Source of the DNA: Pseudomonadota bacterium
GTDB taxonomy: Bacteria; Bdellovibrionota_B; Oligoflexia; Silvanigrellales; Silvanigrellaceae
Length of the DNA: 48,405 nt
Direction: 5' to 3'
Assembly: GCA_039799905.1 (NCBI GenBank)
Contig: JBDLRP010000025.1
Coordinates: 1-48,405 of the forward strand
Shown here: positions 16,933-26,375 of the stretch, in pieces
Layout of the letters: the number at the start of each line of letters is the position of its first letter
Position numbering within the stretch: the stretch's first letter is position 1
The notes under the pieces: model-generated
What the model was told of the DNA's origin: nothing
Seen by the model: only the letters and a program-made list of their open reading frames with translations
Database searches by the model: none
Program-made: the position numbers and the translations under genes

Positions 16933-18477
16933 ATGTTCGAAAGAACAGTGACAACTGAGCTGAAAGTCGGCTTGTTTACCGTGGTGGCTTTTGCCGCACT
17001 CGGCGCACTTGTCGTCACACTCGAGGGCAACCCTTTTGCCGCGCGCGCTCAGCGTTTCAATACTGTTTTGCAAAACGTCGGTGGAGTGGGTGCGCGCACA
17101 CAAGTGCGTACGAGCGGCGTTCAGGTGGGAGAAGTTGAGTCGATCGACATTCTTCCACGCGGTGCCAAGGTCAACTTCCGCGTCAACGGTTCCGTGAGAA
17201 TCCCCAAGGGTTCGTATATTGAACTTCGTTCGCGCGGTATTCTCGGCGACGTCTACCTCGAGATCGTACGCAACGAAGACAACAAAGAAGACATGGAATC
17301 CGGCGCACAGATTCCGCAGATGAAGGAATTCAACGACATGGGAACTCTGATGAGTTCCTTGGGAAGCATTGCGCAGGATTTACAAACAGTGAGCCGCACT
17401 CTCGCCAAGGTTTTTGGCGGCGGCGACGGCCAGTCCACGTTGCAGAGCATTGTTTCGAACGTAGAGAAAATCACCGCCGAGGCACGCGACATCGTTGCCG
17501 GCCAGAAGGAAAACATCACCGCGACGCTCGACACGCTGCGCGAATCCGTTTCACGGGTGAATGCACTGCTGGCCAAGCATGACGGACGCATCGATGACAT
17601 CATGCTGGCGGTCTCGGATGCCACCAAAGACATGAAAGTCTTCAGCGCCGAGCTGCGCAAGGTCATGTCGGGCGAAAACAAAACCCGCATCGAAAATATT
17701 GTCGCTGCGCTCGACGACTCAATGCAGAGCGTCCGGCAGGCAACGAGTAAAGTTCAGCTGATTGTCGACAAAGTTGAAAAGGGTGAAGGAACGCTCGGTC
17801 AGCTGGTCGCCAAGGACGATGCTGCAAATGAACTTAAGAATACGCTGAAAAGCGTTCAGGAGCTTCTCAAGCCCGCTGCAAAATTGAAGATTGAGGTGGA
17901 CTACAAGGGCGAATTGCGCAACACCGAAACGCGCTACGTTGCCACGGCCGGAAACCACTTCAATTTGCGACTGGCCACAAGGCCCGATCGCTATTACCTG
18001 CTCGGTGTCTCGGATTCTCCGCAGAGCCGCAAAATCACCGAAGAGCGGACCTCGGTTTCAAAAGACGCCTCCGGCGCGGACATCGTCCGACAGGAGGTCA
18101 CGACCAGTGAAGAGCGTCCGCGCATCAAGTACAACGCACAATTCGCCAAGCGCTTCGACAAGGTCGGCGTGCGGTTCGGACTTTTCGAAAGTTATGCGGG
18201 TGTTGCTGGAGATCTGTACCTCTTCTCCGACAGATTCAGCACATCGGTCGAGGTATTCCAATTCGGTGAAGACCAGACTCAGGCAGACTACAAATCTAAA
18301 GGATTCGCCCGCGTCAAAGGGTATGCGAACGTTTTCGTAACACCGAATATTTACGTGACCGGTGGTGCGGACAACATCGGACGCACTCCCAAACCCATCG
18401 CCTTCTTTGGTGCGGGTCTGCGCTTCACGGATGATGACCTGAAGACGGTTATCGGTGCGGCAGCACTGGCCAAATAA
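16933..18477 (+). CDS. mlaD: long MlaD/MCE protein with helical stalk and C-terminal beta-strand (barrel-like) domain
   Basis: ELKVGLF N-terminal TM, MCE motifs (VRTSGVQVGEV, GILGDVYLEI), about 180 aa of heptad-like helices, GEGTLGQL, then amphipathic strands ending FFGAGLRFTDDDLK. Confidence 0.9.
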   Translation: MFERTVTTELKVGLFTVVAFAALGALVVTLEGNPFAARAQRFNTVLQNVGGVGARTQVRTSGVQVGEVESIDILPRGAKVNFRVNGSVRIPKGSYIELRSRGILGDVYLEIVRNEDNKEDMESGAQIPQMKEFNDMGTLMSSLGSIAQDLQTVSRTLAKVFGGGDGQSTLQSIVSNVEKITAEARDIVAGQKENITATLDTLRESVSRVNALLAKHDGRIDDIMLAVSDATKDMKVFSAELRKVMSGENKTRIENIVAALDDSMQSVRQATSKVQLIVDKVEKGEGTLGQLVAKDDAANELKNTLKSVQELLKPAAKLKIEVDYKGELRNTETRYVATAGNHFNLRLATRPDRYYLLGVSDSPQSRKITEERTSVSKDASGADIVRQEVTTSEERPRIKYNAQFAKRFDKVGVRFGLFESYAGVAGDLYLFSDRFSTSVEVFQFGEDQTQADYKSKGFARVKGYANVFVTPNIYVTGGADNIGRTPKPIAFFGAGLRFTDDDLKTVIGAAALAK

Positions 18478-18507
18478 GAGCACCGAAAAAAAATTTCCCT
18501 GTCAGTA

Positions 18508-18534
18508 TTAAGTTAGTCAAAGAACTGTCGATGA
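18508..18534 (+). promoter_or_regulatory. sigma28-like promoter for the Glt-like cluster
   Basis: TTAA-N15-GTCGATGA, 30 nt upstream of ATG 18565. Confidence 0.4.
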
Positions 18535-18564
18535 TCCACATAGGTCAACTTAGAGGTAACGACC

Positions 18565-19263
18565 ATGTGGAAGTCAATTGCTTTGCTCGCTTGCGCGAGC
18601 CCAGTTTCCGTGTGTCTGGGGTCGGGTCCGAAACAGACGCGATTGCTTGCCATGACCACGACGAACACTTCTGAAAGTGCTCCAAGCGTTCTGCAAAATC
18701 GTTTTTTTACCAAACGTCTGCGGGCTGAAGTAGGCGTCAGTGCGGGCTCAATCCTGAACGAGAGTTATTCCAAAACAAACACTTTCGGCGCACGTGCAGG
18801 CTTGTTCATCAGCGAAAAAACCGGCGTCGAATATAATTTTGCCAAATTCAAATCAGAAGACTCACCCGACCTTGTTGCACTGCGAACCCAAGAGGTTTGC
18901 GTCGAGCTCGAGTGCCGCTCGATTGAACCGAGTTACATCAGAATCAACAAGCTTCATCAGCTTCAGCTTGTCACTGCCCCAATATACGGAAAAATAAACC
19001 TTTTCGACTGGGCCATCCTGTATTCAGACCTCACGTTCAGCGCCGGTGCGGCGCAGGTCGACACAACCCAAGGACGCAAGTGGGCATTCACACCGGCCAT
19101 TGGCCAGCGTTTTTACTTTTCCAAGTCTTTCAGCCTGCGCGTCGATGCCACCGACATTTATCTCAACGAAACAGTCAAAAGCGGCGACAAATCCATCTCG
19201 AACTGGCGACATAACTGGGTCGCACAGGTGGGTCTGAGCGCCTTTCTCAACTCGGGGGAATAA
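18565..19263 (+). CDS. outer-membrane beta-barrel protein, GltA/GltB-like
   Basis: LQNRFFTK..RAE, APIYGKINLF..AILYSD, IGQRFYF....SLRVD pattern, typical of myxobacterial/Bdellovibrio gliding-associated OMPs. Confidence 0.7.
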   Translation: MWKSIALLACASPVSVCLGSGPKQTRLLAMTTTNTSESAPSVLQNRFFTKRLRAEVGVSAGSILNESYSKTNTFGARAGLFISEKTGVEYNFAKFKSEDSPDLVALRTQEVCVELECRSIEPSYIRINKLHQLQLVTAPIYGKINLFDWAILYSDLTFSAGAAQVDTTQGRKWAFTPAIGQRFYFSKSFSLRVDATDIYLNETVKSGDKSISNWRHNWVAQVGLSAFLNSGE

Positions 19264-19265
19264 CC

Positions 19266-20939
19266 ATGAGAAGAGCAGCTCAAGGAATTCTTCGCGGAAT
19301 GATGACCCTCGCAGCCTGCGCAGCTCTGTCACAGACTGCAACTGCCAACCCGCAACTTTCGGCGAAGCAGGCAGTCGGTGGAAAAAAAGTAATCAAACCA
19401 TTGCCTCTTCTGGACCGTGCCTGGCTCCAGCGGAAAGATCCGCTCATCAAAAAACTGGCCTTTGTTGAACAATTGCAAAAAGACATCGATACACAGTTGC
19501 ACAACAAGGAAAATCAGTCGCGGATGATGATGGCACAGGCACTTGTGCTCATCGGCGATGAAAACAGCCGCATCGCGGCTGTAGAATTGCTCAAGCAGGC
19601 CGCTGAAAATTCTCCTCTGAAGCTGACGAGTCAAGCCGCATCACTTGTCTGGAAGGAATTTCAAAACCACCTGAAAATTTCCGACAGCACGAACTACAAC
19701 ACACTGGCCGACGTGGCGTGGGCGATTTCAACAACCGGTCATACCCCTGAAGACCCACAATGGTTTTATTTCGTCGCCTTGTCTGCGGCAAACAGGGGCG
19801 ACAGTGCCGTTGCGCTCGACTTGTTTGGAAAAACAGAACCGTCATCTGCGCTGTTCAGACACGCCAAACTTCAAGAGGGTCTGCTCTCTGCAGCATCCGG
19901 CAACGCTGCCAAGGCAAAGAACTCGCTCGAAATCGTGATGACTCTCGAATTGACCGAAGCCGAAAAAACGACTGGTCTCAAAAAAGAGGCGTTGGTCAAC
20001 TTGAAAGAAATTGCTGCGCTGAACCTTGCGCGGCTGATGTTTGAAAACAAAGAATTCAAAGAGGCACTGTCGCTTTATCGCAGTATCGACGCGCAAAGTC
20101 CGCTTTTCTATGAGAGCCTGAGCGAGCAGGGCTGGGCCTTCTTCATGGCAGGGCATCCCAATCGCGCGCTCGGCGCCGAGTATGGTGCAACAAGCCCGTT
20201 CTTCAGCGACCGATTCCAGCCGGATCAATACTTTCTCAGCGCCGCAGTCAACTATTGGCTTTGCGACTTCAAGGCCGCGCGCCGCAACATTCAAGCCTTT
20301 GTCCATCACACAAGGGAAGATGCCGCGCTGCTGAGAAAATGGAACCTTGCTTCTGCCGCCAGTGCCGAGCAGCACAAGGCACTTGTGCAGAAGGCCTTCG
20401 GTGTCGCCGAAAATCTCGTGCATGGGGTCAGTGCGGCACACAATTCACTTGGTCCGCGCGGGCTGCAGTCACTCAGCAAGAAAACCAACATCATCCGCCG
20501 GCTTACCCAACTCGAAAAAATCCGCGGCGCACGGTTGGAAATCACGCGTGGGAACTGGCCGATGCGCAGCAAAAGAACGGTTGTTCAGTCTCTGCTGCGC
20601 AGAGAAGAAGCCGAGCAAAAGCACATCGGGATGATGACTCTTGCCCTGATAGCCGCAATGCAATCCGACTACGAACGCGCTGTGTCGCAGCTTCGCCTGA
20701 TTCAGCTGGAAATCATGACTGCAGAAAAAGACAAGCTGATGAACCGCGACCGTTCCGCGGCAGGACAGGAATTCCTTGGGAGCGAGGAAGAATTCCTTGA
20801 GGCGGTGCAGCAGTCGGCACAGGTCTGGAGCAACGAAAAGAAGGAGTTCTGGAAAGACGAATTGGACAGCTTCATCTTCAGCAAGAAGTCCCAGTGTCAA
20901 CAACAAGAAGGAGAGGACAGGAAAAATGTTGAAAAATAG
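19266..20939 (+). CDS. secreted TPR protein, GltC-like
   Basis: Signal peptide, TPRs, ALNLARL, EQGWAFF, RALG....TSPFF, YWLCDF, and C-terminal EFWKDELDSF.....SQC. Confidence 0.7.
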   Translation: MRRAAQGILRGMMTLAACAALSQTATANPQLSAKQAVGGKKVIKPLPLLDRAWLQRKDPLIKKLAFVEQLQKDIDTQLHNKENQSRMMMAQALVLIGDENSRIAAVELLKQAAENSPLKLTSQAASLVWKEFQNHLKISDSTNYNTLADVAWAISTTGHTPEDPQWFYFVALSAANRGDSAVALDLFGKTEPSSALFRHAKLQEGLLSAASGNAAKAKNSLEIVMTLELTEAEKTTGLKKEALVNLKEIAALNLARLMFENKEFKEALSLYRSIDAQSPLFYESLSEQGWAFFMAGHPNRALGAEYGATSPFFSDRFQPDQYFLSAAVNYWLCDFKAARRNIQAFVHHTREDAALLRKWNLASAASAEQHKALVQKAFGVAENLVHGVSAAHNSLGPRGLQSLSKKTNIIRRLTQLEKIRGARLEITRGNWPMRSKRTVVQSLLRREEAEQKHIGMMTLALIAAMQSDYERAVSQLRLIQLEIMTAEKDKLMNRDRSAAGQEFLGSEEEFLEAVQQSAQVWSNEKKEFWKDELDSFIFSKKSQCQQQEGEDRKNVEK

Positions 20940-23900
20940 AAGGCTTCAGCAGTGCGCGGGAGTGCTGATGGTTCTGGGCGCGATGTTAGAGGAAAGCGCC
21001 TACGCTAGAGCAAACACACAGAAGGTTCAGGCGACACTCGAAAACCGGGCAACCCTCACTCCGAGTGCGGATCCATCTGCAACCATGAACGGCTGGCAGG
21101 GACAGGCCACCGTACGCACCCTTCAGTCCAAAACAAACACGGTCCAAAGCAATGGGCTCTCAGCACTCGAAAGCCTCAAACAACAAACAAGCCAGCTTTC
21201 CCGTTCGCTGCGCACGGCCGGAGGAGTGGCAGAGGGCCGCTTCGAGGCGCCGGGGCTTTTTGAATTCTCAACTTTCGTAAACCAAAAATCCTCGTCTGAA
21301 TCCAAAGACGGAAGCCGCGCCGAAGAAATCGACCGCCTTCGCACAGCAACCATCCAGAGCATCGAAAAGATCCTCCGGCAACCTGCAAATGCAAATCAAA
21401 GGGTCGACCTCATGCTGCGGCTCGCGGAATTGCACTCGGAGCGGCACAGCGACTTTCTCATCCGAGAAATGAGTCAATATGAGGCTGCCCACGCAAAGTG
21501 GGAGCGCAATCACCGCAGCGGAGCCGAGCCCAAATTCTCGCAGACTCAGTCATTACAGGCAATTCAAGCGGCCACGCAAATTCTCAGAAACTTGGTCAAC
21601 CAGTATCCCAATCATCCGCGCACTCCGGATGCTCTCTATCAGCTGGGCTTCCTCCTCACTGAGATGAAGAGCGAAAGCGCGGCGCTATACTTTCAGAGGC
21701 TGATTGAACGTTTTCCAAAATCAAAGTTCATTCCTGACGCACAGCTGGCCATGGGTGAATATTGGTTCAGCAGAAATAAATTTAATGATGCTCTTACCTT
21801 TTACCAGAAGGCAATTAACGACAGAAATCACCGAGCTTATCCCTATGCCGTCTACAAATTGGGCTGGACCTTCTTCAACGTCCGCGGCACTGAAGAAGAA
21901 ACAATTAAAAATCTGCAAAAATCGCTCGTCGCCTTCAAACTGCTCGTGAAGTACATCGAGGAATCAGGTTCTGAGAAAAAACTCTCGCTGCTGCGCAAGG
22001 ATGCTCTGCGTGACATGGTTCTCGTGTACGCCGAGCTGGGCGACATCGAGGAGGCTCAGAAATATTTCAAGTCGATGAACGAAACCTCACTTTATACATC
22101 ACTGCTCGAGCGGCTTGCGTGGCTACATGCAGATGCAGGAAGGCAACGTGAGGCCATCGAAATCTACAATCGTCTTCTGCGCGAGTTTCCCCTGAACGCA
22201 AAGAATCCGCAATTCCTTGTTCGCCTCGCCGGTCTGCATGAAAAAGATCAAAACCGGCTGATGCTTGTCGAGAGTCTTCAGCAACTCTCCGAACTCCTTT
22301 CTCCACAATCCGAATGGTGGAAGACTCAGGCAAAACCGCAAGACCGCGAGTCGGCAAAAAAGCTGGTGGTGGATGAAACACAGGTTTGGAGCCTGCGTCT
22401 GCACGCTGAATTCCAAAAAACAAAGAACAGGACCACTGCCCAGCAGGCACTGACTATTTACGACCTGAACCTGCAGCACTTGGGTGAAAGCGCCGCAGCT
22501 TATCTGCCGCTCTTCAACCGCTCACAACTGCACACGAGTTTGGAGGATCACGAGAAAGCCATTCAAGGCTACGCAACAGCTGCATGGCTCGATAAAAAAT
22601 TTAACTTGCGCCGTCCAGAAACGAAAGTCGCTCTCGAAAATGCTATTGCCGAGAGTGACATTTTGATTCAGCGCCGAGGACCGCTCTCTGCGGTCAAAAA
22701 TGGCCAGATTCCTCCACTCGAGGCTCGACTTGTCAAACTGATCGACTTTCATGCCGGACTCTTTCCCAAAGACAGCGAGCGTGTCGGACTTTTGCATCGG
22801 GCTGCGCTCATTCATCTGACAGCAGGTCAGGTGGTGCCAGCGCATCAGCGCTGGACCTCGCTCGCGCGCGAAGCACCACAAAGTGTGCACGTCAGCGAAG
22901 GCTTGCGACTGCTCATCAAACGCTCGTTCGATCAAAACGACTGGGCCAAGGCTGCGGCGGATTCGCGCGCATTCCTCAAGATTTCGGGGATCACAACAGC
23001 AACTGTCGCGACACATCTTGCAAAGCTGTTGCGCGTTGCACTCTTTCAACAGGCCCTGCAGACAGAGAAATCCGGACGCCACACCGATGCGGCACAGCAG
23101 TTTCTCAGCTACCAAAAAGAATTCCCGACCGACGGCGACGCCGGAAAAGCTCTTATCAACGCTGCTAACAACCAGTTCAAAGGCAAGCTTCCCGAAGAAG
23201 CACTCGTGACTTTGAACAAGTTCGTAGCCGCTTATCCGAATTCTGAATACCAGCTGCGTGCACTTGAAATGACCGCTGTCACCGCCGAAGCGTTGGGCCG
23301 GTTTGCAGACGCCGCTCAGGCTTACGAGCAGACCGCAAACAAAAAGACCAACAAGGAAATGGCAGGACAGGACCTCGCCTATGCAGCACGCTTGAGGCTT
23401 GCCGACAACAATGCGCAGCGCGCGGTGGGCAACGCTGAGGCGGCAATACCACATTTGAAGCGTCCGACGGATGTCTGCGAAGCATTCAAAGTCATCCTCG
23501 ATGCACAAGTGCAGATGCGTTCTTCTTCTGCCCTCGCCACCGCACAGTCTGCGCTGCAAAAGTGCCAGAACACTTCGCCGGAGTGGGGTATCTATTTTGG
23601 CGGTGTTGCGGCGCGCATGAGCATGGCAGCAGGGCAAAGCAGTGAGGCCGTGCGCTTGTCCACACAAACACTTGCGCGTGGAAAGGCTCTCAGCTCACGC
23701 CTGCAAAGCCCTTATGCCTTTGAAGGTCTGCGTATTGCAGGCGGAGTTCAATTGACTGTTCTTGAGGGGCAGAGCAGGGCTCTTCTCAGCAGGCGGGTTC
23801 GTGATTCGAATTCCATTCAGTCCGAATTCGGAAAAATCAAAACCGACGCGCATCAACTCGCTCAGCAATATGTGCAACTGGCACAATCTGGTCAGACGGA

Positions 23901-24258
23901 AACGTCCATCGGCGCGATCTATCGACTCGCCGAAATTCAAGAGGGGCTAGCGAACATTCTGGTGCAGGCACCCAATCCGAGCGGCATGTCGCCGGCTGAA
24001 TCCGAAACATTCAGAGCACGCATCGAAAAAATCGCAATGCCGATGCAGGAGGAGGCGGCCAAACTTTATACGCAGGCCTTCGAAAAAGCTTCCGAGGGTG
24101 AAATTATCTCTTCCTACACACAAATGCTGCGGGAAAAACTCGCAACAATCAATCCGTCCGAGCACAGAAAAGTCATCGAGGTCATGCCCAAGCCGTTATA
24201 TTTCGCGCACGAACTTCCGATGAGCAAAGAGGTGAAAGGAGAAGTGGAAGAAGATTAA
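20926..24258 (+). CDS. large TPR protein, GltD/AgmU-like
   Basis: Signal peptide from ATG 20926; LRLAELH.E, YPNHPRTPDALYQLG, FPKSKFIPDAQLAMGEYWF, YKLGWTFFN; C-terminal A.PMQEEA..LY. Confidence 0.72.
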   Translation: MLKNRRLQQCAGVLMVLGAMLEESAYARANTQKVQATLENRATLTPSADPSATMNGWQGQATVRTLQSKTNTVQSNGLSALESLKQQTSQLSRSLRTAGGVAEGRFEAPGLFEFSTFVNQKSSSESKDGSRAEEIDRLRTATIQSIEKILRQPANANQRVDLMLRLAELHSERHSDFLIREMSQYEAAHAKWERNHRSGAEPKFSQTQSLQAIQAATQILRNLVNQYPNHPRTPDALYQLGFLLTEMKSESAALYFQRLIERFPKSKFIPDAQLAMGEYWFSRNKFNDALTFYQKAINDRNHRAYPYAVYKLGWTFFNVRGTEEETIKNLQKSLVAFKLLVKYIEESGSEKKLSLLRKDALRDMVLVYAELGDIEEAQKYFKSMNETSLYTSLLERLAWLHADAGRQREAIEIYNRLLREFPLNAKNPQFLVRLAGLHEKDQNRLMLVESLQQLSELLSPQSEWWKTQAKPQDRESAKKLVVDETQVWSLRLHAEFQKTKNRTTAQQALTIYDLNLQHLGESAAAYLPLFNRSQLHTSLEDHEKAIQGYATAAWLDKKFNLRRPETKVALENAIAESDILIQRRGPLSAVKNGQIPPLEARLVKLIDFHAGLFPKDSERVGLLHRAALIHLTAGQVVPAHQRWTSLAREAPQSVHVSEGLRLLIKRSFDQNDWAKAAADSRAFLKISGITTATVATHLAKLLRVALFQQALQTEKSGRHTDAAQQFLSYQKEFPTDGDAGKALINAANNQFKGKLPEEALVTLNKFVAAYPNSEYQLRALEMTAVTAEALGRFADAAQAYEQTANKKTNKEMAGQDLAYAARLRLADNNAQRAVGNAEAAIPHLKRPTDVCEAFKVILDAQVQMRSSSALATAQSALQKCQNTSPEWGIYFGGVAARMSMAAGQSSEAVRLSTQTLARGKALSSRLQSPYAFEGLRIAGGVQLTVLEGQSRALLSRRVRDSNSIQSEFGKIKTDAHQLAQQYVQLAQSGQTETSIGAIYRLAEIQEGLANILVQAPNPSGMSPAESETFRARIEKIAMPMQEEAAKLYTQAFEKASEGEIISSYTQMLREKLATINPSEHRKVIEVMPKPLYFAHELPMSKEVKGEVEED

Positions 24259-24316
24259 CGACAGCAAAGTTTTTCGTTGATTGAAATAACTCAGGCAACT
24301 TTAGAGGAAAAAAGCC

Positions 24317-25360
24317 ATGAGAAAAAAACAAGTCTCGTTACTTTGTGTTCGCGTGTGCTTCGTTGCTTTGGCCACATTCACAGTCGGATGCCAGACAACT
24401 CGGCGGCCCAGCGCAGTCCGCAGCGCCGACAATTCTGCCCTGCTTGTTCAAGTGAGTCAGGACCCAAGCAGTCTGATGTGGAATGAGGGTCGCTTCAAAT
24501 CAGGTGAGGCACTCAAACAACCAACGCCGCCGATTAAATCGGCCACAGACACAGTCGCACTTCAGACCCGTGCCGAACTTTCGTTGCTCGGTCACATGAC
24601 CCGTTCGGCAGGCGAAAACGCGCGGGCAATATTGCGTCACGACCTGCGCAACGTGAAGGCTCTCAAGTCGCTCATAAAGGCTGCACTCATCGACCGTAAA
24701 CCGCATGAAGCACTGCTTCTGACGAATTCGGCCATGAGCGTCGCACCACAGGACGCAGAGCTTTTTTCATACGAAGCTCTCGCGCAATATCAACTCGACA
24801 ATCCTCTTTACGCCAAGGCACTGTGGAACAAGGCGCTGAGCCTCGACCCGATGCACATTCCAACGCTCATGAATCTTGGAGTTCTGCTGTTTCAAAATGG
24901 TCACAGCAAAAAGGCCGGTGCGCATTTCGATCGCGTTCTGGCCTTGCAGCCGCAGCATCTTGATGCGCAAGTGGGACGCGCTCTGGTGCTCAGTGCCGAG
25001 GGCTCACATGACGACGCAATCGCAGCTCTCGAATCGATTCTCAAAAAAACCGGCGACAATGCACTGGTTCTTGAGAATCTTGCGCTGATCTCGCGCGAGC
25101 GGCTCAAAGATTACAAAAAGGCCAGCCGCTATGTGGAACGCACACTCGCCTTGCGTTCAGCCGATCGTCGCAGCATCGAAACGGCGGTAGGAATGCGGCA
25201 GGAATTGCGCCGGCTGATGGCAGGGCAGGAAAAGCGCCTCACCGATGAAAATCTCCGCGAGATGGCTGAAACCCCAACAGCTGCAGTGGGCGAGATTTCT
25301 GGAAACGGTGGGCAAAGCGGCTCCTCAGAGCTGCAAAAAATGGAGGAGAGCATCAAATGA
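24317..25360 (+). CDS. TPR lipoprotein, GltE/AglT-like
   Basis: Lipobox TVGC and tandem TPRs (MNLGVLLFQNG); follows the GltD-like gene. Confidence 0.7.
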   Translation: MRKKQVSLLCVRVCFVALATFTVGCQTTRRPSAVRSADNSALLVQVSQDPSSLMWNEGRFKSGEALKQPTPPIKSATDTVALQTRAELSLLGHMTRSAGENARAILRHDLRNVKALKSLIKAALIDRKPHEALLLTNSAMSVAPQDAELFSYEALAQYQLDNPLYAKALWNKALSLDPMHIPTLMNLGVLLFQNGHSKKAGAHFDRVLALQPQHLDAQVGRALVLSAEGSHDDAIAALESILKKTGDNALVLENLALISRERLKDYKKASRYVERTLALRSADRRSIETAVGMRQELRRLMAGQEKRLTDENLREMAETPTAAVGEISGNGGQSGSSELQKMEESIK

Positions 25361-25752
25361 AGACTAAGAACTGCAATCAACGTCCGACCACTCTCTTGGA
25401 TGTGGGATTGATTTGGCTGCGTCTGGTGCTTGTCTCGGTTGCCGTGGTGCTTGTCCTGCGTGCGACGGTGGCGCGCGCTGAAATGCCGACAGCTCCCTCT
25501 GCAACGGGTCAGTCTGGCATCGAAAACTCGTCAGAAATGAAAGTGAAACGCGACGCCCGCGGCCGCAAAATGCAGTACGTCGACTTCAGCGATGCGCTCA
25601 TCGAAGGACGCGCGCGCACACCCGACGGATTCGTAATTCAGAGCCGCAATGCCGGCAGATTCAAGTCGATGATCGAATTACGCAGCAACTTCCGCGACAA
25701 CATCAAGGTCCATGCGCTCGAAGCAGGCTCTGCAATCGGCATCGCCGACTGA
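25357..25752 (+). CDS. small secreted protein, GltF/CglF-like
   Basis: Signal peptide (ARA) and the DFSDALIEG...PDG....SR...FKSMIELRSNF motif; follows the GltE-like gene. Confidence 0.72.
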   Translation: MKTKNCNQRPTTLLDVGLIWLRLVLVSVAVVLVLRATVARAEMPTAPSATGQSGIENSSEMKVKRDARGRKMQYVDFSDALIEGRARTPDGFVIQSRNAGRFKSMIELRSNFRDNIKVHALEAGSAIGIAD

Positions 25753-25869
25753 GCCTGCTATCCCCCCCTTGCAATTTGCACGCCGCTGTCCCTAAGATAC
25801 TGTAACTTCGGGACAGCTCGATCCTTAGGCAAGCCAAAGGAAGGTTTACAATAAGGTCGATCTGGTGCA

Positions 25870-25896
25870 TATACACGTCCCAAAGTGTCCCGAACA
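25870..25896 (+). promoter_or_regulatory. weak sigma28-like promoter upstream of dksA
   Basis: TATA-N15-CCCGAACA. Confidence 0.3.
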
Positions 25897-25937
25897 TGAA
25901 TGAAACATGGCTATGATTGCAGCAGGAGGTTGCTGAT

Positions 25938-26333
25938 ATGGCGGCAAAGGTCTCGAAAGAAGCACAAGAACTCACCCCTGATGAAGTTCTGAGGCTCAAA
26001 GAGGTCTTACTAAAGACGCGCGAGAGCCTTCATGAGAAGTCTCGTGAGCGTAAGGCTGAGGGCATGTACGAAATCAGCCGTGATGACCTTGCAGATGAAG
26101 CTGACCTTGCTTCTGTGGAAACCGCACAGGACGTCGGCATGAAGCTGGCAGAGCACGATAGACACAAGCTCAATCTGGTCGAAAAGGCTCTCAAGAAAAT
26201 TGAAGCCAACGACGGGTCATTCGGCTTGTGCGAAGGAACGGGCGAGCCCATCGGTTTCCGCCGGCTGGAAGTTCAACCATGGGTTCTCTACTCGCTCAGA
26301 TATCAAGAAGAGCTTGAAAGAGGACGTCGCTGA
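25938..26333 (+). CDS. dksA: DksA/TraR family RNA polymerase-binding protein (single-Cys type)
   Basis: AGGAGG RBS, coiled-coil tip DEADLA, and ALKKI..GSFGLCEGTGEPIG.RRL..P. Confidence 0.85.
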   Translation: MAAKVSKEAQELTPDEVLRLKEVLLKTRESLHEKSRERKAEGMYEISRDDLADEADLASVETAQDVGMKLAEHDRHKLNLVEKALKKIEANDGSFGLCEGTGEPIGFRRLEVQPWVLYSLRYQEELERGRR

Positions 26334-26375
26334 GGCTCACAGTCCTCTGCATCACTCGGCCGAGCAGGCAGCAGC

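Noticed and set aside
20776..20925. 50-aa N-terminal extension of the GltD-like ORF
   Set aside because: It overlaps the upstream gene; ATG 20926 has a purine-rich RBS and begins a signal peptide.
19266..21000. Tat signal peptides on Glt-like proteins (MRRAAQ, KNRRLQ) explaining the nearby tatA
   Set aside because: RR is present but the S/T-RR-x-F-L-K consensus is not met; cannot be supported without a predictor.
22522..23667. 381-aa antisense ORF (and similar ones at 10431, 15616 and 30722)
   Set aside because: Shadow ORFs opposite well-supported genes, with no motifs.
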